Positions 40,740-53,708 of a stretch of 64,000 nt of DNA are shown here, one piece after another (position 1 is the first letter of the stretch; every line of letters starts with the position of its first letter). The stretch lies in the NCBI GenBank assembly GCA_030265395.1, contig JARFYF010000050.1, positions 16,623,813-16,687,812 on the forward strand, read 5' to 3'. The translations under genes were made by a program, and so were the position numbers. Source of the stretch: Rhina ancylostomus (lineage: Eukaryota). The notes beneath the pieces were generated by a model. It made no database searches and was not told the DNA's origin. It was given only the letters and a program-made list of their open reading frames with translations.

Positions 40740-41547
40740 NNNNNNNNNNNNNNNNNNNNNNNNNNNNNNNNNNNNNNNNNNNNNNNNNNNNNNNNNNNNN
40801 NNNNNNNNNNNNNNNNNNNNNNNNNNNNNNNNNNNNNNNNNNNNNNNNNNNNNNNNNNNNNNNNNNNNNNNNNNNNNNNNNNNNNNNNNNNNNNNNNNNN
40901 NNNNNNNNNNNNNNNNNNNNNNNNNNNNNNNNNNNNNNNNNNNNNNNNNNNNNNNNNNNNNNNNNNNNNNNNNNNNNNNNNNNNNNNNNNNNNNNNNNNN
41001 NNNNNNNNNNNNNNNNNNNNNNNNNNNNNNNNNNNNNNNNNNNNNNNNNNNNNNNNNNNNNNNNNNNNNNNNNNNNNNNNNNNNNNNNNNNNNNNNNNNN
41101 NNNNNNNNNNNNNNNNNNNNNNNNNNNNNNNNNNNNNNNNNNNNNNNNNNNNNNNNNNNNNNNNNNNNNNNNNNNNNNNNNNNNNNNNNNNNNNNNNNNN
41201 NNNNNNNNNNNNNNNNNNNNNNNNNNNNNNNNNNNNNNNNNNNNNNNNNNNNNNNNNNNNNNNNNNNNNNNNNNNNNNNNNNNNNNNNNNNNNNNNNNNN
41301 NNNNNNNNNNNNNNNNNNNNNNNNNNNNNNNNNNNNNNNNNNNNNNNNNNNNNNNNNNNNNNNNNNNNNNNNNNNNNNNNNNNNNNNNNNNNNNNNNNNN
41401 NNNNNNNNNNNNNNNNNNNNNNNNNNNNNNNNNNNNNNNNNNNNNNNNNNNNNNNNNNNNNNNNNNNNNNNNNNNNNNNNNNNNNNNNNNNNNNNNNNNN
41501 NNNNNNNNNNNNNNNNNNNNNNNNNNNNNNNNNNNNNNNNNNNNNNN
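40740..41547. other. 808-N assembly gap in an SLC38A10 intron
   Basis: N run. The flanking exons join in frame and are contiguous with the recalled human protein, so no constitutive exon appears to be missing. Confidence 0.95.
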
Positions 41548-41570
41548 GCTTTTTACTTTCTTCTTTTCAG

Positions 41571-42044
41571 GGGTTGCTCATCCTGTCGGAGAAGCTCATC
41601 GACATGAACCACCCAACCCCCACGACGAGGTTATTGTAGATGAAGGTATGGATGGTGATGAATCAAATGAAAAGAAGCTACCAGTGATGAAAGCTGAGCA
41701 GGCAAATGATGTAAAGCAGGAAGCCAACATTAATGTTAAAGAAAAAGAGGTAAAAGAATCAAAAGAGGAAGCAAAAATTAATCCTGTAGTAAAAAAACAG
41801 GGTGAAAAAATTGGAAATGACATCAATAATCCTGGAAATGCTCCAGAAGCTAAATCAGAGCAAAAGGAACAGCCAGCCAAGATGGAAGTGGAAATGAATG
41901 CAAAAGGTGCAGTGCCTCAAGCAGGCGTAGAAATACATCAACAAAAGATGGATAAACATGGCAAAATTCCTGGAAAAGATGATTCTGTGATTCATAATCA
42001 AGAAGGAATGGTAGAAAACATGAACAACAAAGATGTTAAAAATG
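41571..42044 (+). CDS. SLC38A10: SLC38A10 internal exon
   Basis: ttcttttcag acceptor and ATG|GTAAGC donor; 474 nt, phase 1-1. [26 protein letters not shown] matches the recalled human hallmark [26 protein letters not shown]. Confidence 0.96.
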
Positions 42045-44257
42045 GTAAGCTGCATCTGGTCAGATCCATCTTAAACTTTGGCGGGTTACTGCATTAGTTC
42101 CTGTAGACAATGTAAATTGTAGCCACAGTGCACTAAAGGGAAGGGATGGACTGCTTATCAAATTCATTGGCAGAGGCATTGATCAGGTGATCTGCTTTGT
42201 GTGGAATGCTGCTTAACAATTTTTCTTATGTTTGCAACCAGCATAGAAGTGCAGAACTTGCCATCACACTTCTAAGCCATGTATATTTGTAAGAAAAGTT
42301 GTTGAGTAGACTCGGAAGAATCAAGTGGTGAGCTATTCATCCCAAAGAGTGTAACATCTGCATTGTTGCTTTAGCCATGATATTAATATGGCTTGTAATT
42401 CAACTGGCTTCTGATTACCAGTGACCTTTCACTCCTCTCATCATATCCACCCACACATCCCAAATTTAATTGTAGGGATTTGGCAGCGGTTGTATGGTTT
42501 CCACCTCCTTTCTCCTCGCTACCATTCAGTTGATTTGCCAATTTATGAAAAGCTGGAAGAGACTAAGTGATGTAAAAAAGAATTGCAGCAGTCTATCTGT
42601 TGAGCTTCAGTTTTCCTGTTTGGACAGTTCAATTGAATTAATCCATTCATCTAATTGTTTCCTGCAGAAATTGGACATTTCCTCAATGACTGCTGACGCT
42701 TATTTTGGCCAAAAATATTTTAATATTAGTTGGCCTGTTCACAAAAATGGTTTTGCATTTTAATTTGCTGACTTAAATTTCTTCAATGCTGCTAACATCA
42801 GCAAAGCTGCACTCTTTAAGACCTGATTAATCTCCCTGTGGTCAGGGCAGAAACTGAAGTGAAGTTGGGGATAATAATAAAATGTAACCAGCACCTATAC
42901 AGATAATGCTGTGACACCTATTAACGGGTTATCTCTGCCATTTTAGTGGTAAGGCAGTCTTATTTCTTCTTTAGAATATTCTGTACGTTACTCGTATATT
43001 TTGAGCCGGTCACCTGTTGAGGTTGTCATCAATCTATAACTTCAATAATTTACAGGTCAAACAGCACAGAACCATTTTCTGTATTTCCATCTGTTCCGCT
43101 GAAACTGTAATGATTGCCTTTCAGTGAAAAGACTTCCTGTCAACAGGTGCAGTGCCATTGCCATATAGGTAGTGTAATACCTAGCCCTTTGTGAGTACAC
43201 TGTGGGAGAGTCACCAATATTCATTGACTGGCTGTCTACTGACAACAAACTAGAACTACAGGTTAAATGAAATGCACAACTAAAACTTACAGATTGGGTT
43301 TAGCTCTATTTGAGGAGAATTTCATTGAATTTACTAAAGGCATTGAAGCCCTCTAGTGTCACAAAAACATGATTGCAATTACTGAACAAAGCAAATAACA
43401 GAAAAACACTGGTCTGGATTTCATGGAAATGTGATTTCCCTGCTTAAATGCCACAAAGTGTGGGACTTATGGGTGAATTTTGAAGTCCTAATTTTGTGGC
43501 TGGTTCCTTCCCAGCCATTGTAAGTTGGAGTCCTCATGGAATCTAGCAAGGAACATACATTTGTGAAGTTCCCCAGCACTTGCACTGGGGAAACTGCTGA
43601 CTCAACCTTTGCCAAATTGCACTTGGCACAGGAACAGCAGTGCCTCTCATTTCATTGGAGAGGAACAGCTGTGAGGGTTATTGGGTAGTATTTTTTGAAC
43701 ATGTTGAGGTTTTAGTTTCATTTGTTTTTAAGTTTTGATTGTTAAATGTTTCAGAGTATCAGAGACATTTCTAAATGTGTAAAGTCTTCAACAGGTTTTG
43801 CAGCCAGGTAGTTCAACAGCTGGGTGTAGCCAATTGTCAAGGTTGTTTTTCAAACACCTTTATGAGTTTTAGGTCCCTGTTCTCTGTGCAATAGTATTTT
43901 GCATACAAAAACAGAAAATTCTGGAAAATCTGGTTGTTGGTCTGACAAAAGGTCACAGACCTGAATGTTGACTGTTTCTCTTTCCATGGACGCAGCATGA
44001 TTTGCTGGATTTATCCAGCATTTTCTGACTTTGATTGCCAGCTTCTGCATTTTTTTTTGATTTAGCATTTTGCACGCACAACCATGGACAGCTGGCTGCT
44101 GCTAGGAAATTCTGTGCATTTTTAACTAAATTTATGTTGTAGTTTAGTACACACCCAGTGTTTTATTCTTCGGCATTTGCATGTAACATAGTTATAAAGA
44201 ATTTTTTGTTTTCCCATTTTCTTTTCCCAACCTTGCATCCTACTCCTCCCCATAAAG

Positions 44258-44386
44258 GCAACAAGAAGGATTTTCCATCTTTGGAAAAGGTTGATGCAGC
44301 TGGAGAATCACAGTTACACATCAGAGATGAGAGAGACAATGAAAATGCAATTGTGGAAGGAAAACAAGATGGAGAAGTAGTAGAGG
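44258..44386 (+). CDS. SLC38A10: SLC38A10 internal exon (poorly conserved, acidic)
   Basis: Pyrimidine tract plus aag acceptor and AGG|GTGAGT donor; 129 nt, phase 1-1. Open purine-rich frame GNKKDFPSLEK...DGEVVE keeps frame between the neighbouring exons. Confidence 0.85.
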
Positions 44387-45234
44387 GTGAGTGGTGACAG
44401 GAAGTATACTGGGCTCTAAAGCTCTTGGAAAGCTTTTGGTTCAAAGCAAATACCACTTTAAGCATTTCATTGGCCAGTGTCTTTGACATTAAAATCTATA
44501 ACTGCACAGCCATTTTAAGGTTTTGAAATACTCTATGGTACAAATGCAGTTTTTTTCCCCTCAGTCCTTCGTATATTCTCTTGCCGCCTTTAGCCTTATC
44601 ACTGTCTCTCCTCTCTCTCGCACACCTCTGATTCACCAACTATTTAACTTTTTAGAGTTAATTTTTCCACTTCTTTTAAAACCTCTCCCACAACATCATA
44701 AATTGCTAAAGTTCGTTGCTGCAAAGAAAATTGTGACTTCTAAAAAATGCTGGTCTATAGCGATTTTACTTGCCCAGTAAACAGAATGCACCATGCTGAT
44801 CAATGCAGTACGTAGCTTTCTCCTTTTATAATTCATAACTCAACAGATCAGATTAAGAAATAAAACTGCAAAGCTTTGTGGTCTGAAGGTTGTACTCAGC
44901 AGAATTTACATATTAAATTATTTTGCACATTCAGTCATTTATCTCTCCAGTTTTATTCCCCACCTCGTTATCCAATTTAAAATATTGAAAACCAGCTAGC
45001 AGTTAGATGACATTTCTTTCCTCCTTGTGGATCAACATCTGTAGTTTGCTCATTGTGAAAATGGGGAATTATAACATGGCCCCACTTCCTACCACACTTT
45101 GGAAACTGAAATTTTGATGAAATCTGTATTTATGGACCTTGAATTAAATTCAAGTTTCTACATCAATCAATATGTTGATGTTTCTTCACCATTGGAACCC
45201 CAACTCTCAAAAAAAAAGTACAATAAAAGTGCCT

Positions 45235-45830
45235 TTGTAGTAATCTATAAAAGGGTACTGGAAAATAAGATGGAGGATTTTGTATTTCAAAAATATGGAG
45301 TTTTGGTCAAACCCCATCAGAAGTACCATATTCATTTTTAAGTACCATCTTTTAGAAAAGCTTTATTCTTGGGCATTTGGCGCCAGAAGATAAGAAATGT
45401 ATTGGAGTTTAGAAGGTTGAATTGTGAGGATAAATTGCATAAACTTGACTGGTAGTCCCTTGAGTTTGAGTCATTGAGTGAACTGATGAAGGTGCATAAA
45501 ATGTGAAAAGGAATGGATGAGGTTGACGCAAGGAAACAATTTCCTCAAGAGCTGGGGTTGGGTGGGGAGAAGTCGAGAACATCAGGCTTATGAACTTAGA
45601 ACTAGGTCATGTAGTGTTAAGCTAGAGTGAAATTAGGGAGCATTTTTCTGCACATGGTAAAAATTTAGAATACTTCTCCAGGAAAGGCTATAAATGACAG
45701 AATGGTTAGAGCTGGTAAATAGCTTTTGTTTGGTAAAGGTATCAAAAGCTGACCAAGTGAGGCTTAACTGCCAATCAGTCATGCTCTGATTAAATGGCAT
45801 GAACGACTGATAGGGATACTTTTGTTCTCA
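45235..45830 (+). mobile_element. Decayed CR1 3' portion
   Basis: YxxLVKPHxxYxxxF remnants and a CR1 tail. Confidence 0.7.
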
Positions 45831-45931
45831 AAATTAATCCAAAGACTGTAATCATGTGGATCTAAACATTTAGAGCAATGTAGCTTTGATGAAAAATATT
45901 AATTTCATCTTTACTTTTTTTCCTCATGCAG

Positions 45932-46099
45932 GTGAGGGAAAACACATGGATCATGTAGCTTTACTGAATGTGATTAAAGAGCAGCAAGAACAGCAGAAGC
46001 GACTGTTGGACCAACAGGAGAAACTGTTGGCTGTCATTCAGGAACAACACAAGGAGATCCACCAGCAAAAGAATGATGATGAGGACAAAGGACAGCTGG
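45932..46099 (+). CDS. SLC38A10: SLC38A10 coiled-coil exon
   Basis: tcctcatgcag acceptor and TGG|GTGAGA donor; 168 nt. [41 protein letters not shown] is nearly identical to the recalled human sequence. Confidence 0.97.
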
Positions 46100-46593
46100 G
46101 TGAGAGCCATTATAAAGAACACAGTAAAGATGGGCAATTCTGTACTAATTTGGGTGACAATTCTTTAAGAGGTAGATTCATTTAGCATTGTTCAGTTTGG
46201 GACATTTTTACTGATGTATTTAACATTATAGACAAGATTAATCATAACCACTCAATAGGTTGCTGTGGTGTGATGTAACTAGCAAAGCAACTTAATGCTG
46301 CAGAGAGGAACTGAACATGATGGTTTACTCTGGATTGCAAATCTAAATGAAAATTCAATTGATGTAGGTCTTTTATAAACAATATATTTAAATAGTTGGG
46401 TAAAATTATATAACATCTATGGAACAGCAAGAAAGAGGCAAATGCGCAAATTCTGCCCATTCAGCCAAATGAGCAGAATGGCCACTAACAGTATTATAAA
46501 GTTTTTATTGTCCTATAACTAATAAATCTGATCATTTTTCATGCTTTTGCTTATTACTCTTGCATCTCCTTTACTTTTTTGAAATTTCTGTAG

Positions 46594-47786
46594 ATAATGA
46601 AAATCCCGTGAAAGAGAAAATTGATCAAGGAAGTGAAGATAGGGTAAAAAATGTCGAGGCTGTGAATGGGCAGAAGGAGGAGAAGCCTCATATAATCAAT
46701 GCTGGTTTGCAGAGTGACTCTCCTCCTAAACTTGACCAAGATTTGCTAGCAGCTGATCACAAGAAAGATAATATTGAACTTAAAAATGTTATGCACAAAG
46801 CTCAGCGCAGTGCCCTAGAAAATCAGGATCGAGTTCATGATCCTAAGCAAGATGCTAAAATTGATGTTGACGTTCATAAAGTTGCCCCTCAGCTGAAAGA
46901 TGGAATCAAAGAAATTGACCAAAACATTGGGGCTCCAGGACTTCTCTTGAAAAGCAAAGATGGTGAAAAAATGATGCTTCAGAATGATGTTGAAGTTCCT
47001 GAAGCAGCAGCTAAATCTGCCCAAGAGCATGGATTTAGAAATCCAAATATTCCCTTGGAGAATGTGATCAGAGTTCAAAGGAAAGAAGCTGAAGCTGGGT
47101 TTCGAAATCTGAAGATCCCAGATAAAGACACAAAGTTTTCTGAAGGTCTCAATGTTGAAGTAAAATCAAAAAATGAAGTTCATGGCATTGAGTTGAAAAT
47201 TGAGCCCAATCCTTTAATAGAAAAACCGAAGCATGATGAGAAGAATGAAAAAGTAAGAGTTGGAGCTAAGGATGTATTTGAGGGAAAGGATGATCACCCA
47301 GTTGGACACATGGAAGATGGGAAGGAAAAAATTGAGCAGCCAGTGAATGCAGCTAGAATTCCAAAAATTTCAGAGGAAAATCTCAAAGACAGAGCACAAG
47401 AATCTGACAAAAGGAAAGTTGAAGACGATTCTTTGAAAAATCATAGAAAAGCTTCAGATGACGAGATGCAGCCAGACCCAAACATTGTGCCACAACACAA
47501 GGAAAAGAATCCAAGCCAGAAGAATGGTGAACCATACAAAGACCTGAAAGTCGATGGAGGTGGCGATCTACGCAGAAAAAAGAGGGACCTAAGGTCACAA
47601 ATAGATGAAGGCCATCCGGATGATGGGGATAAACTGATCATCAACCTTGATCCAGTGCCAAACTTTAAAACTGACGATCTCCGAAGTGCCCTGGAGAACC
47701 AGCTGAAACAGGTAGCAGGAGGATCATTCCAAATAGTTCAGAGCCGAAAGATGAAACAAGTGACCAGCACCGAAGGTGATACATGA
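46594..47786 (+). CDS. SLC38A10: SLC38A10 terminal coding exon
   Basis: tttctgtag acceptor, phase 1, open to TGA at 47784-47786. Ends DLKVDGGGDLRRKKRDL...DDLRSALENQLKQVAGGSFQIVQSRKMKQ, cf. human DLKLQAGSDLRRRRRDL...NDLRGALDAQLRQAAGGALQVVHSRQLRQ. Confidence 0.96.
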
Positions 47787-49870
47787 TTCCTGTCCCAAGT
47801 TCCAGAGGATACATTTGAGGTTCAAGCAAAATAGTTCTTGGATGGTATGGGTATGAAGATTCCTTTTGTGTGCCATGTGCAGCTTATACAGTGTCCTGAC
47901 TGCATTGCATTGTGTGAATGAAGTCCACTTACAACAAATCAGTAGGATTTTAAGAAGCATTTTGAAGTAATTCAGAAAGTTTTTGGAATTTGGTTACCTG
48001 CTAAATAGCAATTGTACAAGGAGATTAATTAATGATGTCATCTGGATCATTTGATATATGTACTGAAGCTGATGATTATCGGAAGGGAGTGGGTAATCCA
48101 GAAATTCTTTAAAAAAAGTGTGAATTACAGGAAATCTCGAATCCTGTTGTTCTGTGCATCTATTAATAGAAGCCACCAAGAATGAATAAAAATATACTGC
48201 AACCTATGGGATTGTGACAGCTAAATGTACCATTGATTGTATGAAGGCCATGTTCAAACCTTTGAAATGCAACTAAACCACCCAACTACTAGTGTCTTCA
48301 ATTTCCTCTCAGGGACAACAAGCTGCTTCAATGCAAACAGCAAGCTTTTCTTATTGGATATTTCTAAATGGATATTCATTAGGCAGTTGATTGTATATTT
48401 TAATAATATAAAGATTTGTGTGATTAATGCCTAAATTTTTTACATGTGTGCACGAGTAAGTTATCATCTAAACTCTCACCAATATTTGATTTAAGACCTT
48501 CCTTTTCTTGCTAAAATAAACTACTTTGGATCACATTTTATGCCTTAAAATGTGCTCGATTCTCCATTAATCCATTGTGCATTGAATTTTATAATGACTA
48601 CCTTATAATCTTGGCATTCTGAAAAACTGATGAATTATTTTGCACGAGTTCTTTTCACAGTAGTGTTTTGAACTAATTGTGTATTTTATGATGGGTGAAA
48701 GGTGCAATATTTAATTGTGGCCATTTATCTAACTCTTGCACAGCATACCTGTTGGCAAAATATGTAGGTCAGCTGTTATGCCCAGAAAATGGAAATGTAT
48801 ATTTTAAATGAATAATCCAGAATAAGTTCCTGAATAATGCATTATTTATATAAGAAACACTTTTTTCTCTGTATACTTTAAGTTTACAAAAATTCTTCAT
48901 AAACCAATTTTAAGTGTTCAAAAAAAATTGGGTTCTCAATTCTGACTGTACACAAGATTTCATTTGTATCTTCCATACCCATTTGCAACAGGTATCAGAT
49001 CAAGGGCCAGTCAGTGTTGGAACATGGGGTGTCTATTTTCACTTCATAGAAATGCCTTAAAGCCAAAGTAGATACCAAGTTTCTCTTTTCTCACAGGGCT
49101 GGGAGATAAATATTTTAAAGGTTCAAATATCCATGTTTTTAGATGTAATCCATATGAATGCAAGTCCCTGGAATTAGTTGCATTTAATTAGGTTGACTAT
49201 TCAAATAATGCCATGCTGGCACTACCACCAAGTTGTTCCCATTTACAAGCTTTCACACATGTAATTTTTTTTTTGTTAGAGTGTTTTTAATTTACTTTTA
49301 ATATCTATGTTCAAAGATGTATAAACTCGGCACACTTGTAAATAATAGTATTAAAACAAATGGTATGATAGATTCTATGCGGGGTTCAGAACAGGCAGTA
49401 ATTTTTCAATTTCCAAATACTTATTAGAATATCAGTTTTATTTATGGAAACTGATCAGGGCAGAGAAGCAGGTTATTTATAATTGCATAAATTAATGTGG
49501 CCTAAATATAGTGACTATTTTTGCAAATATTTTTAAGCCACAAAAATCTTCCAATGACTTAACTTTCCAGTCCATCACCAAGTTGCAAATATGACTGCTA
49601 AGTAAATTTTTCTTAAACTATTTATTACTCATTTATTAATTGCCTTCTGTTTATTACCAATGCTACAAGGAATCAAAGGTTAAAATCATCCATGTCCCAA
49701 CAACTATTGTTATGTTTCATTTTACGTGACTTAAGTTGATGCATGTGTTTCTGTGTCCTTTTACAACATTACAAAACTGTAAATGTTACTATCTTCATAC
49801 AAGTAGTATACCAGTTAGTTTACTTATATACATTAAAATAAAGATTCTGCAACATCTCAGCAAAGAGGAT
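47787..49870 (+). other. Probable SLC38A10 3' UTR with candidate poly(A) signals
   Basis: AT-rich and TE-poor after the stop codon. AATAAA at 48185, 48515 and 49837 (overlapping ATTAAA at 49832), and again at 50728. The true end is not determinable. Confidence 0.55.
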
Positions 49871-51319
49871 GGTCTGTACTCAGACCTTGGCTAGTGTTCC
49901 TTAAGCTCCCTGTTGGGAAACAAGCAGGGGAAATTATTATTTTACCATCTGAGTTATTGTTTCTTGTAGATAAGTGCCTGAGTTCCACTTGGTGCCTTCT
50001 TTCGAGGTGCTGTTAGTCTATGAACCAACATATGGGAAGTGAAAACCATACCACTTACTGCAGCTTTTAATAAGCACATTTTTCTTGCTGGAAACATTTG
50101 AATCTGATTTCCAAATTTAATGATTTAAAAATCTCGATGTTTATTACATCTTCTACCTTAATTGTTCTCATCTAAATGCTGTTCAGAATTAAAAATGATG
50201 GCAAATACTCATCTGGTAGAAAAGTTAAAACTTCGGGTCAGTTTTTCTGTCCGTTAATTGCATCTGAGTTTCATAAAGTTGAGGTGAAAGTGAATTTTTC
50301 ACATTACTCGTGGAAGTTATTTACATTTTATCTTTCATTTTGACATTTTCATCCATTGCAGTTTTCAAAATATTGCATATAACTTACTGTACTGTATTTT
50401 AATACTTCCCTAATACTTGTGGTCAGATCTTATGTGTAATCCTGTCATCATTTTGCTAAATGTTTGAAGTGCTGTTGCTCAGTTAATTCAGGATTATCCT
50501 TCAACAGTTCACCTTTGCATTTGAAATAAGGGATGGATTAAGTTTAAGTGCAAAAAGCAACAAGATGAAAATGACAAAGTGAATGTGAACTAAACCACTG
50601 ACAATGTAAAGTAAGAAAGTGTCACTGATGAGAGTCCAAGAAAACATTCCAAATGAATATTAACTCCGCATGGAGAAGGAAATGCAACATGCAGATACAT
50701 TGTTATAATGTAAATGGTTGGCTTATCAATAAAGTGCGATTAACAAACATTGGTATAGAATTGTATTTATTGTATTTCCTGGAAATGTTGCAGATAAATG
50801 GTAAAATCTGTACATTTCCCTGTCAGCAATTTCCATTTTAATTAATCTGCTTAAGGATAGCAAACTGCAAAACTATCTAATGATCATAATTCACTTTGTG
50901 ATTGTTTCCTGAAGAGTTAATTTTGAGATCTGAATCCTAACCCTATTTAATGCCTATCTCACTCAGTTCCATATTTACTTATCAGAATTTTTAATAATTG
51001 TTAGTTGTGTTTTTCTAATAATCTGAATTGATGTTCAGATGCAAGAACTAATTAAAATTAAACTTTATATTGGACATGAAGATTTTATACTGCTGTGGGG
51101 GGAAATTTTATTACAAAGAAGTTTCGAAAACAAGGGATTGTTTTGGTAGGTTCTAACATAACGATTGATTATAAATTCCTTTAGTAATTTTGCATCAGTG
51201 ATGTTTGAGCAGTGTTTGCTGCACACATTTGAGAGCAGTTCAGATAAACGTGTAAAATTGCATGATGGAATATTACAATTCTATATGTACAGGTCCACAA
51301 AATTTGTCACAATTTGGGG

Positions 51320-51995
51320 AGTTCCTCAGGATTGAAGATTATTTGATTCCACTCTTTTTTTGGTTTTGGAGGTGGCTCTTCAGACCAATCTGGAACTGCA
51401 AACTCTTCCACAGATGGGCAGGTGGTGGTTGAAATATTGTCCAGTTGATCCCAAACCTTGCATGGTGGAGTGGAAGTCACCTATGAGCAGCTTCTTTTAA
51501 TGTAAGGTGGCCATTGTGCACCAGCTGCTGCAAGGGCTTCACAGAGGTAGGTCTTGTTCCTGTGGCAAGGGGTATAAGATAAATAGAGATGACTGCGTGG
51601 GAATGCATTGGGGGTACACGTATAGGTCCTGCCTAGCGTGCACTCACACACGTACTGGAGTCCATGCCCACTATCTCCCTCTGGGTTTCTCACCCCCTCC
51701 TTGCCCACATTTCCAGCTATGGTCCAGTGGACAGCTCTTAAGCCCAGCTGCAGACTGACCCACATTGTGAACTGCATTCCCAGTCCCTGGCTCCAGTAGT
51801 ATACTTAACCACTTTGATCCCCAATCCCATGGTCTGCCCACACACTTTGGACTCTGGCTCCAGACGTGGACCGAACCACATTGATCCCTGCCTCTGGCCA
51901 CATACCTGACTACATCGGATCCCAGGTCTAGCCACACACTGGTCCCCTATGGAGATACGGTACTGATCATGTCATATCCTTGTCGTATCTAACGA
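51320..51995 (-). mobile_element. RTE-tailed non-autonomous element
   Basis: 51320-51440 is the reverse complement of the RTE terminus at 16150-16260, joined to ~550 bp of GC-richer sequence. Confidence 0.55.
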
Positions 51996-53708
51996 CTCAG
52001 TTATCAAGCTATCTTTAAGTTTTATATGAGATGCAAATACTACCAAGAAAATGGAAGCACTAATCACAGCTTCTGAGATATTAGTGAAAAGGTCGATTAG
52101 CTCAACTCTGCCTGGTACAGAAACACATGAATGCCATGTCACATGATTGCTTTCAGCTGTGCTGTCTAAGTGACAGAATTGTCCAATGTATACCCAAAAC
52201 CAGCGCAAATAATTTTTAACCTCTTGGGTAAATGTACAGATTAAAAACACAAGCAATATTTATTATTCTAGAAAGATGATATTTAGAGACTGAAAACCAG
52301 TGCTAGGGAGAGAAAGATCTGAGTAAAACAAGCTATTGAGTTCTTTTCATCTGAGAACAAGATTTTACTCCAAGCTACACTGGGAGAATAAAAGACATTT
52401 TCTGACGCTTTAAAGCTAAGATGTAGCAGCTTTGAAGAAGGTTGTATGTAATTGCTGCTGAACTTGATTTGGGGATGCATAATGAGAACTAACTTTTTAA
52501 AATATAAATATCCTAATCCCTCAATTTGGGAATAAAAATATCAGTTTCTCCAATAGCACTAAACAGAATTGCATTAACATATGAAATGAAAGTATCAAAA
52601 TTCTTATATATAAAAAGGCTTCACTATTACATTCACCACACAAAAATTGGGGTATGGTAGATGTTGTATAATCTCATTGTAAGTTCATTACAACAACCAT
52701 TTATTTTGTTTTAAGAGAGTTGCATTTTGCCAAATTCTAAAGCATTACTTTATTAGGCTCATTTACNNNNNNNNNNCCACCCACCCTGCTACTGTACTTC
52801 CATTTGGCTCACCAGTCCTTTGCAATCCATTGGTGTATTTAGGCATTCTCTCACTGTGAGGTTTAGCCTAGTAATAGACACAATGGCACCAATGCTTAAA
52901 AATTCAATGAAATGCAGAGGGATAATTGAAAAAAAAACAGGGTTTTATTGTGCCTGCTTTGTTTTAAATATTGCTGCTTTCACCAGGGTACCACATACTG
53001 CTGAGCTTGAAAGCCCGTGTTTCAGTTTCTCTTGTTAACAAGTGTTTAAATAAAACCATAGGGACAAGATTTCCATTTTCTCTCTCCATTCAAGTCTAAC
53101 CTTACTCCCACTTTACCTTGACCTATTAATGTTCCTCTCCTGCCTTTCAAACCCACCCTTGAAGTACACAGAGCCTTGTTCAACCAATCTTCTCTACTCC
53201 ATTAGTCCTTTTGCACTGTTCTCCTTGATCCTTTTGCCTATCCAAATATTCTATTTTCAACCTTGCCTTTCTAAGACCCAACCAGTTTTCTGCTTTGCTT
53301 CCTCTCTCTTCTCAGCATCAAAAGCTTCCTATTCATTCTTGCCTTTCATCAACCTCAATTTTACTTCTGATTGACCATCTGTTTGCCATTGTGAAGCACT
53401 TTGAGACATCCACTGTGTTAATAATCGATAAAGGTTTGCGAAAGAGTCACTACACTTAGAAATGGATAAATTACCTGGTCCAGATGGAATCCATGATAAG
53501 TTACTGAGGGAAGTAAGGGAGAATATTGCAGATATTGTAGCCATATTCCTCCAAACATCTATAGATTCCGGTGGAGCCTAAGGACTAGAAAATTGCAAAT
53601 GTTACACCCTTTTCAAAAGCAGGATGTGTGGCTAAACCAGTAACTACAAACCTGTCAGCTTAACCTCAGTGGCAGGGAAAGTTCCAGAAACAATAATCAT
53701 TATATATA

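Noticed and set aside
40634-42097. 487-aa and 315-aa ORFs in the track
   Set aside because: They are open only because they cross 808 Ns; the real coding part is the exon 41571-42044.
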